Shown piece after piece: positions 28,007-36,559 of a stretch of DNA of 64,000 nt. Under the pieces are notes generated by a model. The model did no database searches. It had not been told where the DNA came from and was given only the letters and a program-made list of their open reading frames with translations. Every line of letters starts with the position of its first letter. Positions within the stretch are counted from its first letter, which is position 1. The position numbers and the translations under genes are program-made. The stretch is from Acidobacteriota bacterium (lineage in GTDB: Bacteria; Acidobacteriota; Terriglobia; 2-12-FULL-54-10), in contig JACPPJ010000031.1 of assembly GCA_016191085.1 (NCBI GenBank), forward strand, positions 261-64,260. The letters run 5' to 3'.

Positions 28007-28648
28007 TTAGCGGCCTAGCACTACCCCGCCTAGCACTGCGACCCGGTGCCACAGTCCTGCCGGAGCGTAGATGCTGCTGGGGATGGGCGTCAGATAATCG
28101 CGCACCTCGAACTTGGTCGATATGAAAGGCAGCACTCGTTTCTCTATCCCGCCGCCGAAGGTGCCCACTGGCGCTGTGAGTGTTTCGGGAACTCCCCTCG
28201 GGAACGGGACTTCCACCTGACTTTTTACGTCCACCGAGAATCGGCTGAGGCCAACTCCACCAAAACCGTAGGCTCGAAACCCGAAGAATCGCGGCGTGTT
28301 CAGACGGGCGTCGAATGTAACGGTGTGCGACTCGAGGTCCACCAGCGCTCTCGATCCGAACGCATCGCCGCGGCGCAGATCCAGCTCCGGCGTAGAGTGG
28401 CTGTAGTGAACACCGATCCCGATGAACGGAAGAAAACCGACGCCGCCATCAACTGCGACGATGGACGCGTTTGAGAATCCGGCGCGGGTAATTCCGCCGA
28501 TTATTCCGGCGGGCGCGCTCGCGCTCAGGTCTTGCGGCAGCAGCCCGCCTCCGGAGACTGCTACAAATTGCGCGCTTGCGGCGCTAGCAAACAGCACCGA
28601 CGTAAGAATCAGGTACTGAGGTTTGAACAGGTTCGATAACAGCTTCAT
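28007..28648 (-). CDS. Outer-membrane beta-barrel protein (OmpA-barrel/OmpW-like)
   Basis: Signal peptide (…LFASAASAQF) and alternating amphipathic beta strands rich in G and aromatic residues. 213 aa. Confidence 0.6.
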   Translation of the reverse strand: MKLLSNLFKPQYLILTSVLFASAASAQFVAVSGGGLLPQDLSASAPAGIIGGITRAGFSNASIVAVDGGVGFLPFIGIGVHYSHSTPELDLRRGDAFGSRALVDLESHTVTFDARLNTPRFFGFRAYGFGGVGLSRFSVDVKSQVEVPFPRGVPETLTAPVGTFGGGIEKRVLPFISTKFEVRDYLTPIPSSIYAPAGLWHRVAVLGGVVLGR

Positions 28649-28744
28649 GAGTCCTCCAGTGGTGACCTGTATCTGATTCGATTATGACATTGGTTGGGCA
28701 TCGATTCAGTTGCCGCTGCGGGACTCGCACGTGTGACATTACAG

Positions 28745-29587
28745 TTACGAGTGACGCTCTCGGTGGCGGACCGCTCCCTTGCGGTCGCGGCTCGGATTCA
28801 AGCGGAGCAGGTCAACGCCGTCCTGAAACTCCCGGCGCATCTCTTTGGTCCAATGATCGGTTTCGCGCAGCGGCTTGGGAATGCGATAGCCGTCGCAGCA
28901 GGCGAGTGTTAGGCGCACCCCGGTGCGCAGCGAAACGCGGTGCCCGCAGGAAACAAAGATTGGCCGCACGCCGTCGCGGGTGCGGAGCGCCGTGCCGATG
29001 ACTTCACCGCGATGTCGCAGCGGCGACGTGGAGCCTCGCGCGAAACCGGGCATTTCGTAATCGCCGATCAGGACAGATTTGGCGCAGCCGATCGCGGGAT
29101 TATCCAGCACCAAACCCAAATGGCAGGCCAGTCCGGCGCGGCGAGGATGCGCGTACCCGTGGGCGTCGGCAAGAATCAGGTCAGGACGCCGCGAGAGCTT
29201 CGCGAATGCGTGGAGCAGCAAAGGAATCTCCCGGAACGACAGCAGGCCCGGAATGTACGGGAAGCTCAGATCAGCGCAATACGAGGCGCGCTCCAACTCC
29301 TCCAGCTTCGGGAACGAGTAGACGATGACGGCGGCGAACCCGGTGTTTTCACTCAGGGCGACGTCGGCTGCCGCAACAGTGCGGACGCGCCCCAGGCGAT
29401 CGCTTCGGTTGACCATCGGCGCGATGCGCTCCTGCAACGACCGCGCCTCAGATGGAGTCACGTTGAGCTTGGCGAGTTCGTTGCGATCAACCAGCAGTGC
29501 GGATGTGATGGATTGAGTCAGATTGAAAGTCGATTTGCTGTCGGAGAGCTCCAGCCCAGGCGGGAGAGCCCTGGGCTGGAGCCACAT
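28745..29587 (-). CDS. nfi: Endonuclease V
   Basis: AADVAL…FPYIPGLLSFREIPLLL…DLILADAHGYAHPRRAGLACHLGLVLD…IGCAKS. The start lies 2 nt downstream of the locus-B propeller stop. Confidence 0.85.
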   Translation of the reverse strand: MWLQPRALPPGLELSDSKSTFNLTQSITSALLVDRNELAKLNVTPSEARSLQERIAPMVNRSDRLGRVRTVAAADVALSENTGFAAVIVYSFPKLEELERASYCADLSFPYIPGLLSFREIPLLLHAFAKLSRRPDLILADAHGYAHPRRAGLACHLGLVLDNPAIGCAKSVLIGDYEMPGFARGSTSPLRHRGEVIGTALRTRDGVRPIFVSCGHRVSLRTGVRLTLACCDGYRIPKPLRETDHWTKEMRREFQDGVDLLRLNPSRDRKGAVRHRERHS

Positions 29588-29589
29588 GG

Positions 29590-30423
29590 TCAGAATATCT
29601 CCGGGAAGTGATACGTCATTACGGCATTGACGTATTTATCCGAGACAATTACTTCCTTAGTCTTTGGCACCACCGTGATGCCGCGCACCTGCCGCAGCAT
29701 CTGGTTCGGGCCTCCTATCATCCACCGCGGTGGAACGTCGCCGTTGTCGGTTTCACTCCACACGCCAACCCAGTTGTTGGGAGACGATTTCTCCCGGCTG
29801 GGCATTCCGGCCAGAATCATCTTTGTCGGCGGGTAGACGGTGATCAGGGCTGTGAGCAGGATCTTGCTTTTGGGACCGAAGATCTGCGCCTTGGGCTTGA
29901 CGTTGCCGTTGTCCGTCCGGTTGAAGATGAGAATGTGGCCGTTTCTGCCGCTCTCTACGGCGCGCTCGTCTCCCTTCCGGGGTCGCTGGCCCGAAGCAAT
30001 GAGCAGATTGTTGACCGGATCGACAGTCAGAGCAGTGGCGCCCAACATTGTGTCAGGCCCCTTGATGGTGCGGATCGGTTTCACATTGCCCTCAGCGTCA
30101 CTGGGAAAAACCAGGATGGTGTCCTCCAGCGGAATGAAGACCTCTTTGTGAATCGGATCGAGGGCGAGCCTCGCCGGAGTGGTCATCTGCGTATCGGGAC
30201 CCATGATGATGCGGATCGGCTTCTCGTCTCCGTTCGCACCGCCGCGGTAGGTCATGATCGCCTGGGCATAGAACTGCGGGATGACGATCTCATCCGTGAT
30301 GGGGTTGTAGGCCATGTCGTGGATCGTGCGGGTGATCGCCGAATTCTGACCTGCGATTGAACGGGTGGGCTTGGCATTTCCGTTCGCCAACCTGGCGAAT
30401 GCCGCGATCTGCGGATGAGCCAC
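29590..30423 (-). CDS. Beta-propeller repeat protein, C-terminal part (locus B); begins at the GTG directly abutting the upstream TGA
   Basis: It starts (V)AHPQIAAFARLANGNAKPTRSI…, is collinear with 7621..8475 and 33417..34223, and ends …YHFPEIF. Confidence 0.8.
   Translation of the reverse strand: MAHPQIAAFARLANGNAKPTRSIAGQNSAITRTIHDMAYNPITDEIVIPQFYAQAIMTYRGGANGDEKPIRIIMGPDTQMTTPARLALDPIHKEVFIPLEDTILVFPSDAEGNVKPIRTIKGPDTMLGATALTVDPVNNLLIASGQRPRKGDERAVESGRNGHILIFNRTDNGNVKPKAQIFGPKSKILLTALITVYPPTKMILAGMPSREKSSPNNWVGVWSETDNGDVPPRWMIGGPNQMLRQVRGITVVPKTKEVIVSDKYVNAVMTYHFPEIF
30373..30403 (-). promoter_or_regulatory. Candidate recoding (SECIS-like) hairpin 3' of the TGA at 30424-30426 (minus strand)
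   Basis: The minus-sense RNA reads ggcat-ttcgcca-GGU-tggcgaa-cggaa-atgcc: a 7-bp upper stem, a 5-bp lower stem and an apical GGU. Confidence 0.4.
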
Positions 30424-31875
30424 TCAGTTGGCGACGAGCAACTCGTCGCGCTTGCTGTCCCAGGTCAGCGTGTGCGGATTGCCCATCATGGGAGCCGGAG
30501 CCTCGATGGGCCCGCTGCGGATGACGCGCAGCGGCGGTGCATCGCCGGAAGCGCCCAGCTTGTACACGGTTGCCGTGTGGTTGCCGAAGTTGGCCACCCA
30601 GAGCTCCTGATTCTTCAGGTCAGCGAAAACGCTGGTCGGATTCTTGATCAACGTCTTGGGTCCCTTCAGGACACGGATCGGAGCCACATCGCCGTTCGCA
30701 TCAGCCTTGAACACCAGCACCGAATCCACCGGATCGTTCGCCACATACAACTCGCCGCGTTCATGATCAATGCTGAGCGCGGTGGGCCAGTTGAGCTGTG
30801 TGCGCGGTCCCTGGATGACCCGGATCGGCGGGGTATCCCAGCTAGCGTCGCGTGGATACACCGTAATGGAAGGCGGCATGAACTTGCCGGAGCCTGGCAC
30901 TGCATCGTTGCGGCCAACCGGCCAGTTGTCTCTGCCGATGCCGCGATTCAGCGTACCGCTGTACTTGCCGGATGCGGGCCGTTTGTGGACGTTTACCGAA
31001 CCCCAGTTGCTGACGTAAATCTGGTCCGTCTTGGGATTATATGCAATGCCATGGGGATCAGCCATGAGAGTACGCGGACCTTGCAGCGTACGAATGGGCG
31101 AGTCCTTACCCGTCGCCGTCTTTTTGAACGTCACCACGGCGGCATCGTCCTGGACGGTCAGCATCAACTCCTGCGTCCTCTCGTCCACCGCGACTCCAAA
31201 CGTGGCCATCGGCGTATTGAGATAGCGCGCCGGCTTAGCGTTGCCGTTTGCGCCGTGGGGAAACACAGCCATCTTGCCGAGCGTATCGTTATTCACGGCG
31301 TAGATGTCGCCGTTGGCGGGGTCGATATAGAGAGAGCATTGGAACTCGATCTCGGTATCCTCGCCGTGGATCATGCGCTTGGGCTCGCTCAGCTTGGCAT
31401 TGGGCGGAGTGTTCTCGAGGCGGTCATAAGCGACGATGCGAAACTTGTTCTCATCCGTCATGAGCACTTCATTGTGGATGGGGTCAACCGCAACGGCGCT
31501 GAAGGCACCCCAGGGGTCATTGATGACTCGGATCGGTTTCCGTCGTGACGCGGCGAGCTTTTCTGCTTCGGTCACATCCGCGGCGGGCGGCGCAAATTGC
31601 TGCTGGAATGAAGCGAACAATGACGAGTTGGCGGCGCTGGCCGGTTCCCACTCGCACCTTTCACCATCGGCTTGCGGCAGCGGCTCAACCGAAACTAATT
31701 GTGGCTGTCCTGTGGCCTTTTGTGCTGGTCTCAATTGACCGCCCGCGCCCCAGAGTACAACCGTAGCAATGAGCGCGAGGAGAGCTAATATGCCGAGTCC
31801 GCCCGCCCTGTTTCGAAACAAACGTACACGCGCCATTCGTATTCCTCCTTTAATCCCAGCCGCTCCGCTATTCAA
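30424..31875 (-). CDS. Secreted beta-propeller repeat protein, N-terminal part; ends at an in-frame TGA (locus B)
   Basis: 483 aa with a signal/anchor, the conserved QPQLVSVEPLPQADGERCEWEPAS segment and seven blade-like repeats. It ends …DSKRDELLVAN-TGA. Confidence 0.8.
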   Translation of the reverse strand: MNSGAAGIKGGIRMARVRLFRNRAGGLGILALLALIATVVLWGAGGQLRPAQKATGQPQLVSVEPLPQADGERCEWEPASAANSSLFASFQQQFAPPAADVTEAEKLAASRRKPIRVINDPWGAFSAVAVDPIHNEVLMTDENKFRIVAYDRLENTPPNAKLSEPKRMIHGEDTEIEFQCSLYIDPANGDIYAVNNDTLGKMAVFPHGANGNAKPARYLNTPMATFGVAVDERTQELMLTVQDDAAVVTFKKTATGKDSPIRTLQGPRTLMADPHGIAYNPKTDQIYVSNWGSVNVHKRPASGKYSGTLNRGIGRDNWPVGRNDAVPGSGKFMPPSITVYPRDASWDTPPIRVIQGPRTQLNWPTALSIDHERGELYVANDPVDSVLVFKADANGDVAPIRVLKGPKTLIKNPTSVFADLKNQELWVANFGNHTATVYKLGASGDAPPLRVIRSGPIEAPAPMMGNPHTLTWDSKRDELLVAN

Positions 31876-32048
31876 TGCTCCGTAAAAGACCTTCCCCGTT
31901 GGCCGCCATTATACATCAGGGCTGCGGCCGGTTCCGGAATTTGACGCTTGAACTCCATAAACTCGTAACAGTTCGCAGGGACAGATCGTCTATCGTATAG
32001 TAGCTGAGTTAAGCGTGTGCTCATTGCGGCGCTACGGAGGTTTGTTAT

Positions 32049-33416
32049 ATGCATTGCAATTCGTCTGGAAAGGCTCTTCTGACCATCGTCGCGGTTCTAA
32101 TCGCAACGGGCGGCTTGTGTCTGGTATCCGGAACTCAATTTCAATTCGGCAAAGACCGCCCCAACGGCCAGCCGCGATTGATTGCGATTGATCCGCTGCC
32201 GCAAGCCGACGGTGAGGTTTGTGAGTGGCAACCGGCGAGCTTCAGCGCGCCGCAGGGGCAGGCCGGCACATCCTCTCCCTCATCTGCAGCAGACGAGGCG
32301 AAGAAGTCGGAGGTGGAGAAGCGCAAACCAATCAGGACCATTCGCGACCCTTACGCGGCATACAGTTCCGTGGCAGTGGATCCCGTCCACAATGAGGTGG
32401 TGCTGACGGATGAGAACCTTTTCAACATTCTAGTTTACGACCGCCTGGCGAATACTCCTCCTAACGCCAAAATGACCGAGCCCAAACGCATGATCGGAGG
32501 GCTGAATACCAAAATTGAGTTTCAGTGCGGGCTCTACATCGACCCGACGAACGGCGATATTTTCGCAGTGAACAACGACACGGTGGACACGTTGGTCATC
32601 TTCAACCGGCAGGCCAAGGGCAATGTGCCGCCTACGCGCGAGCTGTACACTCCACATGGAACGTTCGGTATCGCCGTTGACGAGCAGGCTCAGGAAATGT
32701 ACTTGACGGTGCAGCACGACAGCGCGGTGGTGGTATACAAGAAGTACGCTACGAAAAATGACTCGCCTCTGCGCCTGTTGCAGGGCGACAATACCATGCT
32801 GGCAGACCCGCACGGCATCGCCGTTGATCCGAGGACCAATGTGATCTTCGTGGCCAATCACGGCGCGACTCACTCGGTGGATGGGAAACTGAGCGAACAC
32901 ACAAGGCGGCCGAATTTCCCCTTGGAGCGAGCGTTTGCCGTGCCCGGATCGGGCCGCAGCCTGCCTCCTTCCATCACCGTGTACGAAAAGAACGCGTCGG
33001 GCGACACCGCTCCGATACGCGTGATCTCCGGTCCGAACACACGAATGAATTGGCCCTCCGGCCTGGCCGTGGATTCTGATCGCGGCGAGCTTTACGTTGC
33101 AAACGATATGGATGATTCGATCCTGGTCTTCGACATCACTGCCGAAGGCGACGCGGCGCCGAAGCGCGTACTGAAGGGGCCGGCAACCATGCTCAAGAAT
33201 CCTACTGGCGTGTTCCTCGATACGAAGAACGACGAGCTGTGGTCCGCGAATTTCGGGAATCACACCGCGACAGTGTTCAAGCGGACGGCATCCGGCAACA
33301 CACCGCCGTTGCGCGTGATCCGCAGCGGACCTACCAACGAGCCATCGCTCGGCATCGGCAACCCGCACCCGATTGCGTACGACAGCAAGCGCGAGGAGAT
33401 TCTGGTTCCCAACTGA
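32049..33416 (+). CDS. Secreted beta-propeller repeat protein, N-terminal part; ends at an in-frame TGA (locus C)
   Basis: 455 aa with a signal/anchor, the QPRLIAIDPLPQADGEVCEWQPAS segment and blade repeats. It ends …DSKREEILVPN-TGA. It is transcribed divergently from locus B. Confidence 0.8.
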   Translation: MHCNSSGKALLTIVAVLIATGGLCLVSGTQFQFGKDRPNGQPRLIAIDPLPQADGEVCEWQPASFSAPQGQAGTSSPSSAADEAKKSEVEKRKPIRTIRDPYAAYSSVAVDPVHNEVVLTDENLFNILVYDRLANTPPNAKMTEPKRMIGGLNTKIEFQCGLYIDPTNGDIFAVNNDTVDTLVIFNRQAKGNVPPTRELYTPHGTFGIAVDEQAQEMYLTVQHDSAVVVYKKYATKNDSPLRLLQGDNTMLADPHGIAVDPRTNVIFVANHGATHSVDGKLSEHTRRPNFPLERAFAVPGSGRSLPPSITVYEKNASGDTAPIRVISGPNTRMNWPSGLAVDSDRGELYVANDMDDSILVFDITAEGDAAPKRVLKGPATMLKNPTGVFLDTKNDELWSANFGNHTATVFKRTASGNTPPLRVIRSGPTNEPSLGIGNPHPIAYDSKREEILVPN

Positions 33417-34223
33417 GTGGCGCACCCGCAGATCGCGGTCTTCGCCAGGATGGCGGATGGAAACGCGGCGCCCACTCGAAAGATTGAAGGACAGAAAACT
33501 CTCCTCGGACGCACCATGCACGCGATCGCCTACGATGAGGTTCACGATGAGTTCATGGTCCCGCAACAGTTCGCCCAGGCAATTCTGACTTTCCGCGGCG
33601 CGGCAAGGGGCGAAGAGGCTCCGGTGCGCGTCATTCAAGGCTCTAAAACCCAGCTTGTCTCCCTGGACCGGCTGGCCTACGACCCCGTGCATGGAGAAAT
33701 CTTCGTGCCCGAAGGTGAAAAGGTACTGGTGTTTCCGCGCGCCGCCAACGGCAACGTTGCTCCCGTGCGCGTGCTGGGCGGCAAGGGCTCCTCATTACGC
33801 GCCAGCGCTGCTGCCGTGGACACAGTGCGTAATCTGCTGGTCGTGATGGGAGGCGAGCGAAACGATCCGCGGTTTGAGATTTACAACCGCACCGATGAAG
33901 GCAACGCTAAGCCCCTGCGTGTGATTGGCGGCCCCAAGAGCGGGTTCCGCCAACTGGGCGGCCCATTTGCCGTGTATCCGCCGAAGGGCTGGATCATCGC
34001 TTCGGATCGCGGACACGGAGAGCTGGTTTCCGACATAGCGTACGTGGGCGTCTGGAGTGTGGAAGACAACGGCGATGTGCCGCCCCGCTGGAGGTTCGGC
34101 GGACCGAACGGAGTGTTGAAGATGCCCCGCGGTATAACCCTTGATCCCAAGAACAAGAACGTCCTTGTCAGCGATAAGCGTCTGAATGCGGTGATGACTT
34201 TCGCCTTCCCAGAGCTGTTTTAG
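33417..34223 (+). CDS. Beta-propeller repeat protein, C-terminal part (locus C)
   Basis: It starts at the GTG immediately after the TGA, reading (V)AHPQIAVFARMADGNAAPTRKI…, and ends …FAFPELF. Confidence 0.8.
   Translation: MAHPQIAVFARMADGNAAPTRKIEGQKTLLGRTMHAIAYDEVHDEFMVPQQFAQAILTFRGAARGEEAPVRVIQGSKTQLVSLDRLAYDPVHGEIFVPEGEKVLVFPRAANGNVAPVRVLGGKGSSLRASAAAVDTVRNLLVVMGGERNDPRFEIYNRTDEGNAKPLRVIGGPKSGFRQLGGPFAVYPPKGWIIASDRGHGELVSDIAYVGVWSVEDNGDVPPRWRFGGPNGVLKMPRGITLDPKNKNVLVSDKRLNAVMTFAFPELF
33435..33466 (+). promoter_or_regulatory. Candidate recoding (SECIS-like) hairpin 3' of the TGA at 33414-33416
   Basis: Sequence gcg-gtc-ttcgcca-GGA-tggcgga-tggaaa-cgc: a 7-bp upper stem including one G-U pair, an apical GGA and a short lower stem. 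Confidence 0.35.
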
Positions 34224-34553
34224 CGAACTTCGGTAATAGGTCGCACAGACGGCCCGCCTGTACCCACGACGACAGCCCCCATTATCCTGGGAGCCGGGCG
34301 TTTCGCCCGCACATGGACAGCGGGCAAGATGCCGGCGCTCCCGAGAGCTGGCTCTGGCGCGCGGTGCTCTGGGCCGCATAACCCTCACATTTTCAGGTTT
34401 TTCACTCAACACCAGGGGTATTTGGCCCAATCTCCGCTCGTGAGAGCCCCACCCAAAAGGTAAAGCTATTGAGGGCACGCTGTTTCATTGGAAAAGCTCC
34501 TTTGGTAACGCAGTTGCTACTCTTTAATATGGAAGCATCCCGCCACGGAAGGC

Positions 34554-35009
34554 GTGCATATGAACATTCTTTTGGCCATTGACGATTCAAAGTACTCTGA
34601 GGCGGCTGTCCAAGCGCTCATCAACCAATTCCGGCTCCAGGACACCACAATTCGCGTCGTGCATGTTACCGAGCCGATTACGTTCGCCTTCCCACCGGAA
34701 ATAGCCGCTGAATATGCCGCAACACCTCACTTAACCTTGCTGCGACAGGACCAGTTGAAGAAAGCCGAGGCTTTGGTTCAAGCTGCGGCCGCCAAGCTGC
34801 GCTCGGCGAACTTTAATGTCGAAACAGCGGTGTATGAGGGGGACGTCAGGTCGGAGATCGTCGACTTGGCATCCCAATGGCCTGCCGACCTGATCGTTGT
34901 GGGTTCGCACGGGCGTAAGGGCCTAAACCGCTTTCTCATGGGCAGCGTTTCGGAGTTCGTAGCGCGTCATGCGCCTTGTTCCGTAGAGGTGGTCCGCGCA
35001 GCGGCGTGA
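34554..35009 (+). CDS. Universal stress protein (single Usp domain)
   Basis: ILLAIDDSKYSEAAV…LIVVGSHGRKGLNRFLMGSVSEFVARHAPCSVEVVR. Confidence 0.85.
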   Translation: MHMNILLAIDDSKYSEAAVQALINQFRLQDTTIRVVHVTEPITFAFPPEIAAEYAATPHLTLLRQDQLKKAEALVQAAAAKLRSANFNVETAVYEGDVRSEIVDLASQWPADLIVVGSHGRKGLNRFLMGSVSEFVARHAPCSVEVVRAAA

Positions 35010-35095
35010 CGGCAGTCAACGAGCGGCGATTTGCGAGTGAGCGTCTGGCCGGGACCCTCTTCCGGCAACACTGTCCTGGCAGTACGGTTCGGTGA

Positions 35096-36559
35096 TTGGA
35101 GGCTCGTTTCGTGTTAACCTTTCTGCCATCCCGCTCCCACCTGGATTCCTTCTATCATTTGGATGCGGATCCTGTCCCGACAGCCTGTCGCGGTCTGGCT
35201 TGCTTTGTCGCGCGACACCTGAATGCGCCGGCATGGCGGGAAGCGACGGCCCACAGCGAGCGCGTATACTGCCTGGGCAAGTGTTATGCGGCCCCGGCAT
35301 GCACGGACGAGGATCAGCGCCCCCGCGTCGAGGTGCACGCATCCACACCGGTGCTTCTAGGCCGCGTGCTTGGCGGAGGCGCTCCCGGTATTGACCGCTA
35401 TATAAAACGCCAGGGTTATCGAGCGCTCGAGCTGGCGTTGCGGCAGTCTCCTGAGCACTTAATTCAGACTATTTCCGAATCGGGTCTGCGAGGGCGCGGC
35501 GGCGCCGGGGTCCCCACCGGTCGCAAGTGGGATGCCGTTTTTCGCGAGCGATCAAACGAGAAGTTCGTGATCGCCAATGCCGATGAAGGCGATCCAGGCG
35601 CGTTCATGGAGCGCGTTCTGCTGGAAGAGGACCCGCACTCGTTGATCGAAGCGATGGTGATTGCCGGATTCGCGGTAAACGCCGCCCGGGGAATCATTTA
35701 TCTCCGCAAAGAATATCCGCGAGCGGCAGTCATGCTGCGCGAAGCCATCCAGGATGCACGGAGAAAAGGGATTCTCGGCTCGAACATCCTGGGCAGGCGG
35801 TTTTGCTTCGACGTGGAACTCGCAATCGGGCGCGGCAGCTATGTCTGCGGAGAAGAATCGGCTCTGCTGAACGCGCTGGAAGGAAAGCGCCCCGAACCCA
35901 GGCAGCGCCCGCCTTATGCCAGCGAAAGCGGCCTCTATGGCAAGCCGACACTCATCAACAACGTGGAGACATTCGCGAACGTCCCCTGGATTATTCTCAA
36001 CGGGGCCGACGCGTACAGCAGGCTGGGGTGTTCGACCAGCAAAGGGACCAAGTTGATCTCGCTGAACTCGCTGTTCCGGCGGCCCGGGCTGTACGAAGTG
36101 GAATTCGGCGTGACCGTCCGGCACGTAGTAGAACAGATCGGCGGCGGCCTCGCGGGCGAGTTGAAAGGTGTGATTATCGGAGGGCCGCTGGCGGGAATTG
36201 TTCCGCCGCACCTGCTCGACACTCCATTCGCGTTCGAGGAGTTGCGCTTGATCGGCGCCAGCGTGGGCCACGGCGGCATCGTAGCTTTCGACGAACACAC
36301 CAGCATTCGCGAGCTGATCCATCATATGTTCGAGTTTGGCGCTTATGAATCATGCGGCAAATGCACGCCGTGCCGCGTAGGCACGCGCCGCATAGAAAAG
36401 CTGTTCGCTCGCGCCTGGTTCAACGAAGCAGAAGACGCCGAGTGGCGCGAGATCGTTCGCGCGATGTCCCTAACCAGTTTCTGCGGAATGGGGACGGGGC
36501 TCGCCGAATTCGCGCAGAGCGCGATTCGTTATTATGCCGAGGAGCTTGCATTATGCTGA
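35096..36559 (+). CDS. NuoF-like NAD(H)-binding flavoprotein subunit (formate dehydrogenase beta / NuoE-F fusion type)
   Basis: GLRGRGGAGVPTGRKW, ANADEGDPGAFMER and a C-terminal 4Fe-4S motif ESCGKCTPCR. The N-terminus carries C-x4-C … C-x3-C, resembling a NuoE-type 2Fe-2S motif. Confidence 0.85.
   Translation: MEARFVLTFLPSRSHLDSFYHLDADPVPTACRGLACFVARHLNAPAWREATAHSERVYCLGKCYAAPACTDEDQRPRVEVHASTPVLLGRVLGGGAPGIDRYIKRQGYRALELALRQSPEHLIQTISESGLRGRGGAGVPTGRKWDAVFRERSNEKFVIANADEGDPGAFMERVLLEEDPHSLIEAMVIAGFAVNAARGIIYLRKEYPRAAVMLREAIQDARRKGILGSNILGRRFCFDVELAIGRGSYVCGEESALLNALEGKRPEPRQRPPYASESGLYGKPTLINNVETFANVPWIILNGADAYSRLGCSTSKGTKLISLNSLFRRPGLYEVEFGVTVRHVVEQIGGGLAGELKGVIIGGPLAGIVPPHLLDTPFAFEELRLIGASVGHGGIVAFDEHTSIRELIHHMFEFGAYESCGKCTPCRVGTRRIEKLFARAWFNEAEDAEWREIVRAMSLTSFCGMGTGLAEFAQSAIRYYAEELALC

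Noticed and set aside
36352-36552. The ORF track extends fdhA 67 codons upstream (start at 36352).
   Set aside because: The extension overlaps the 3' end of the NuoF-like gene and translates to Arg-rich nonsense. The ATG at 36553 gives the canonical MLSVTINGIQC… 2Fe-2S N-terminus and a coupled ATGCTGA junction.
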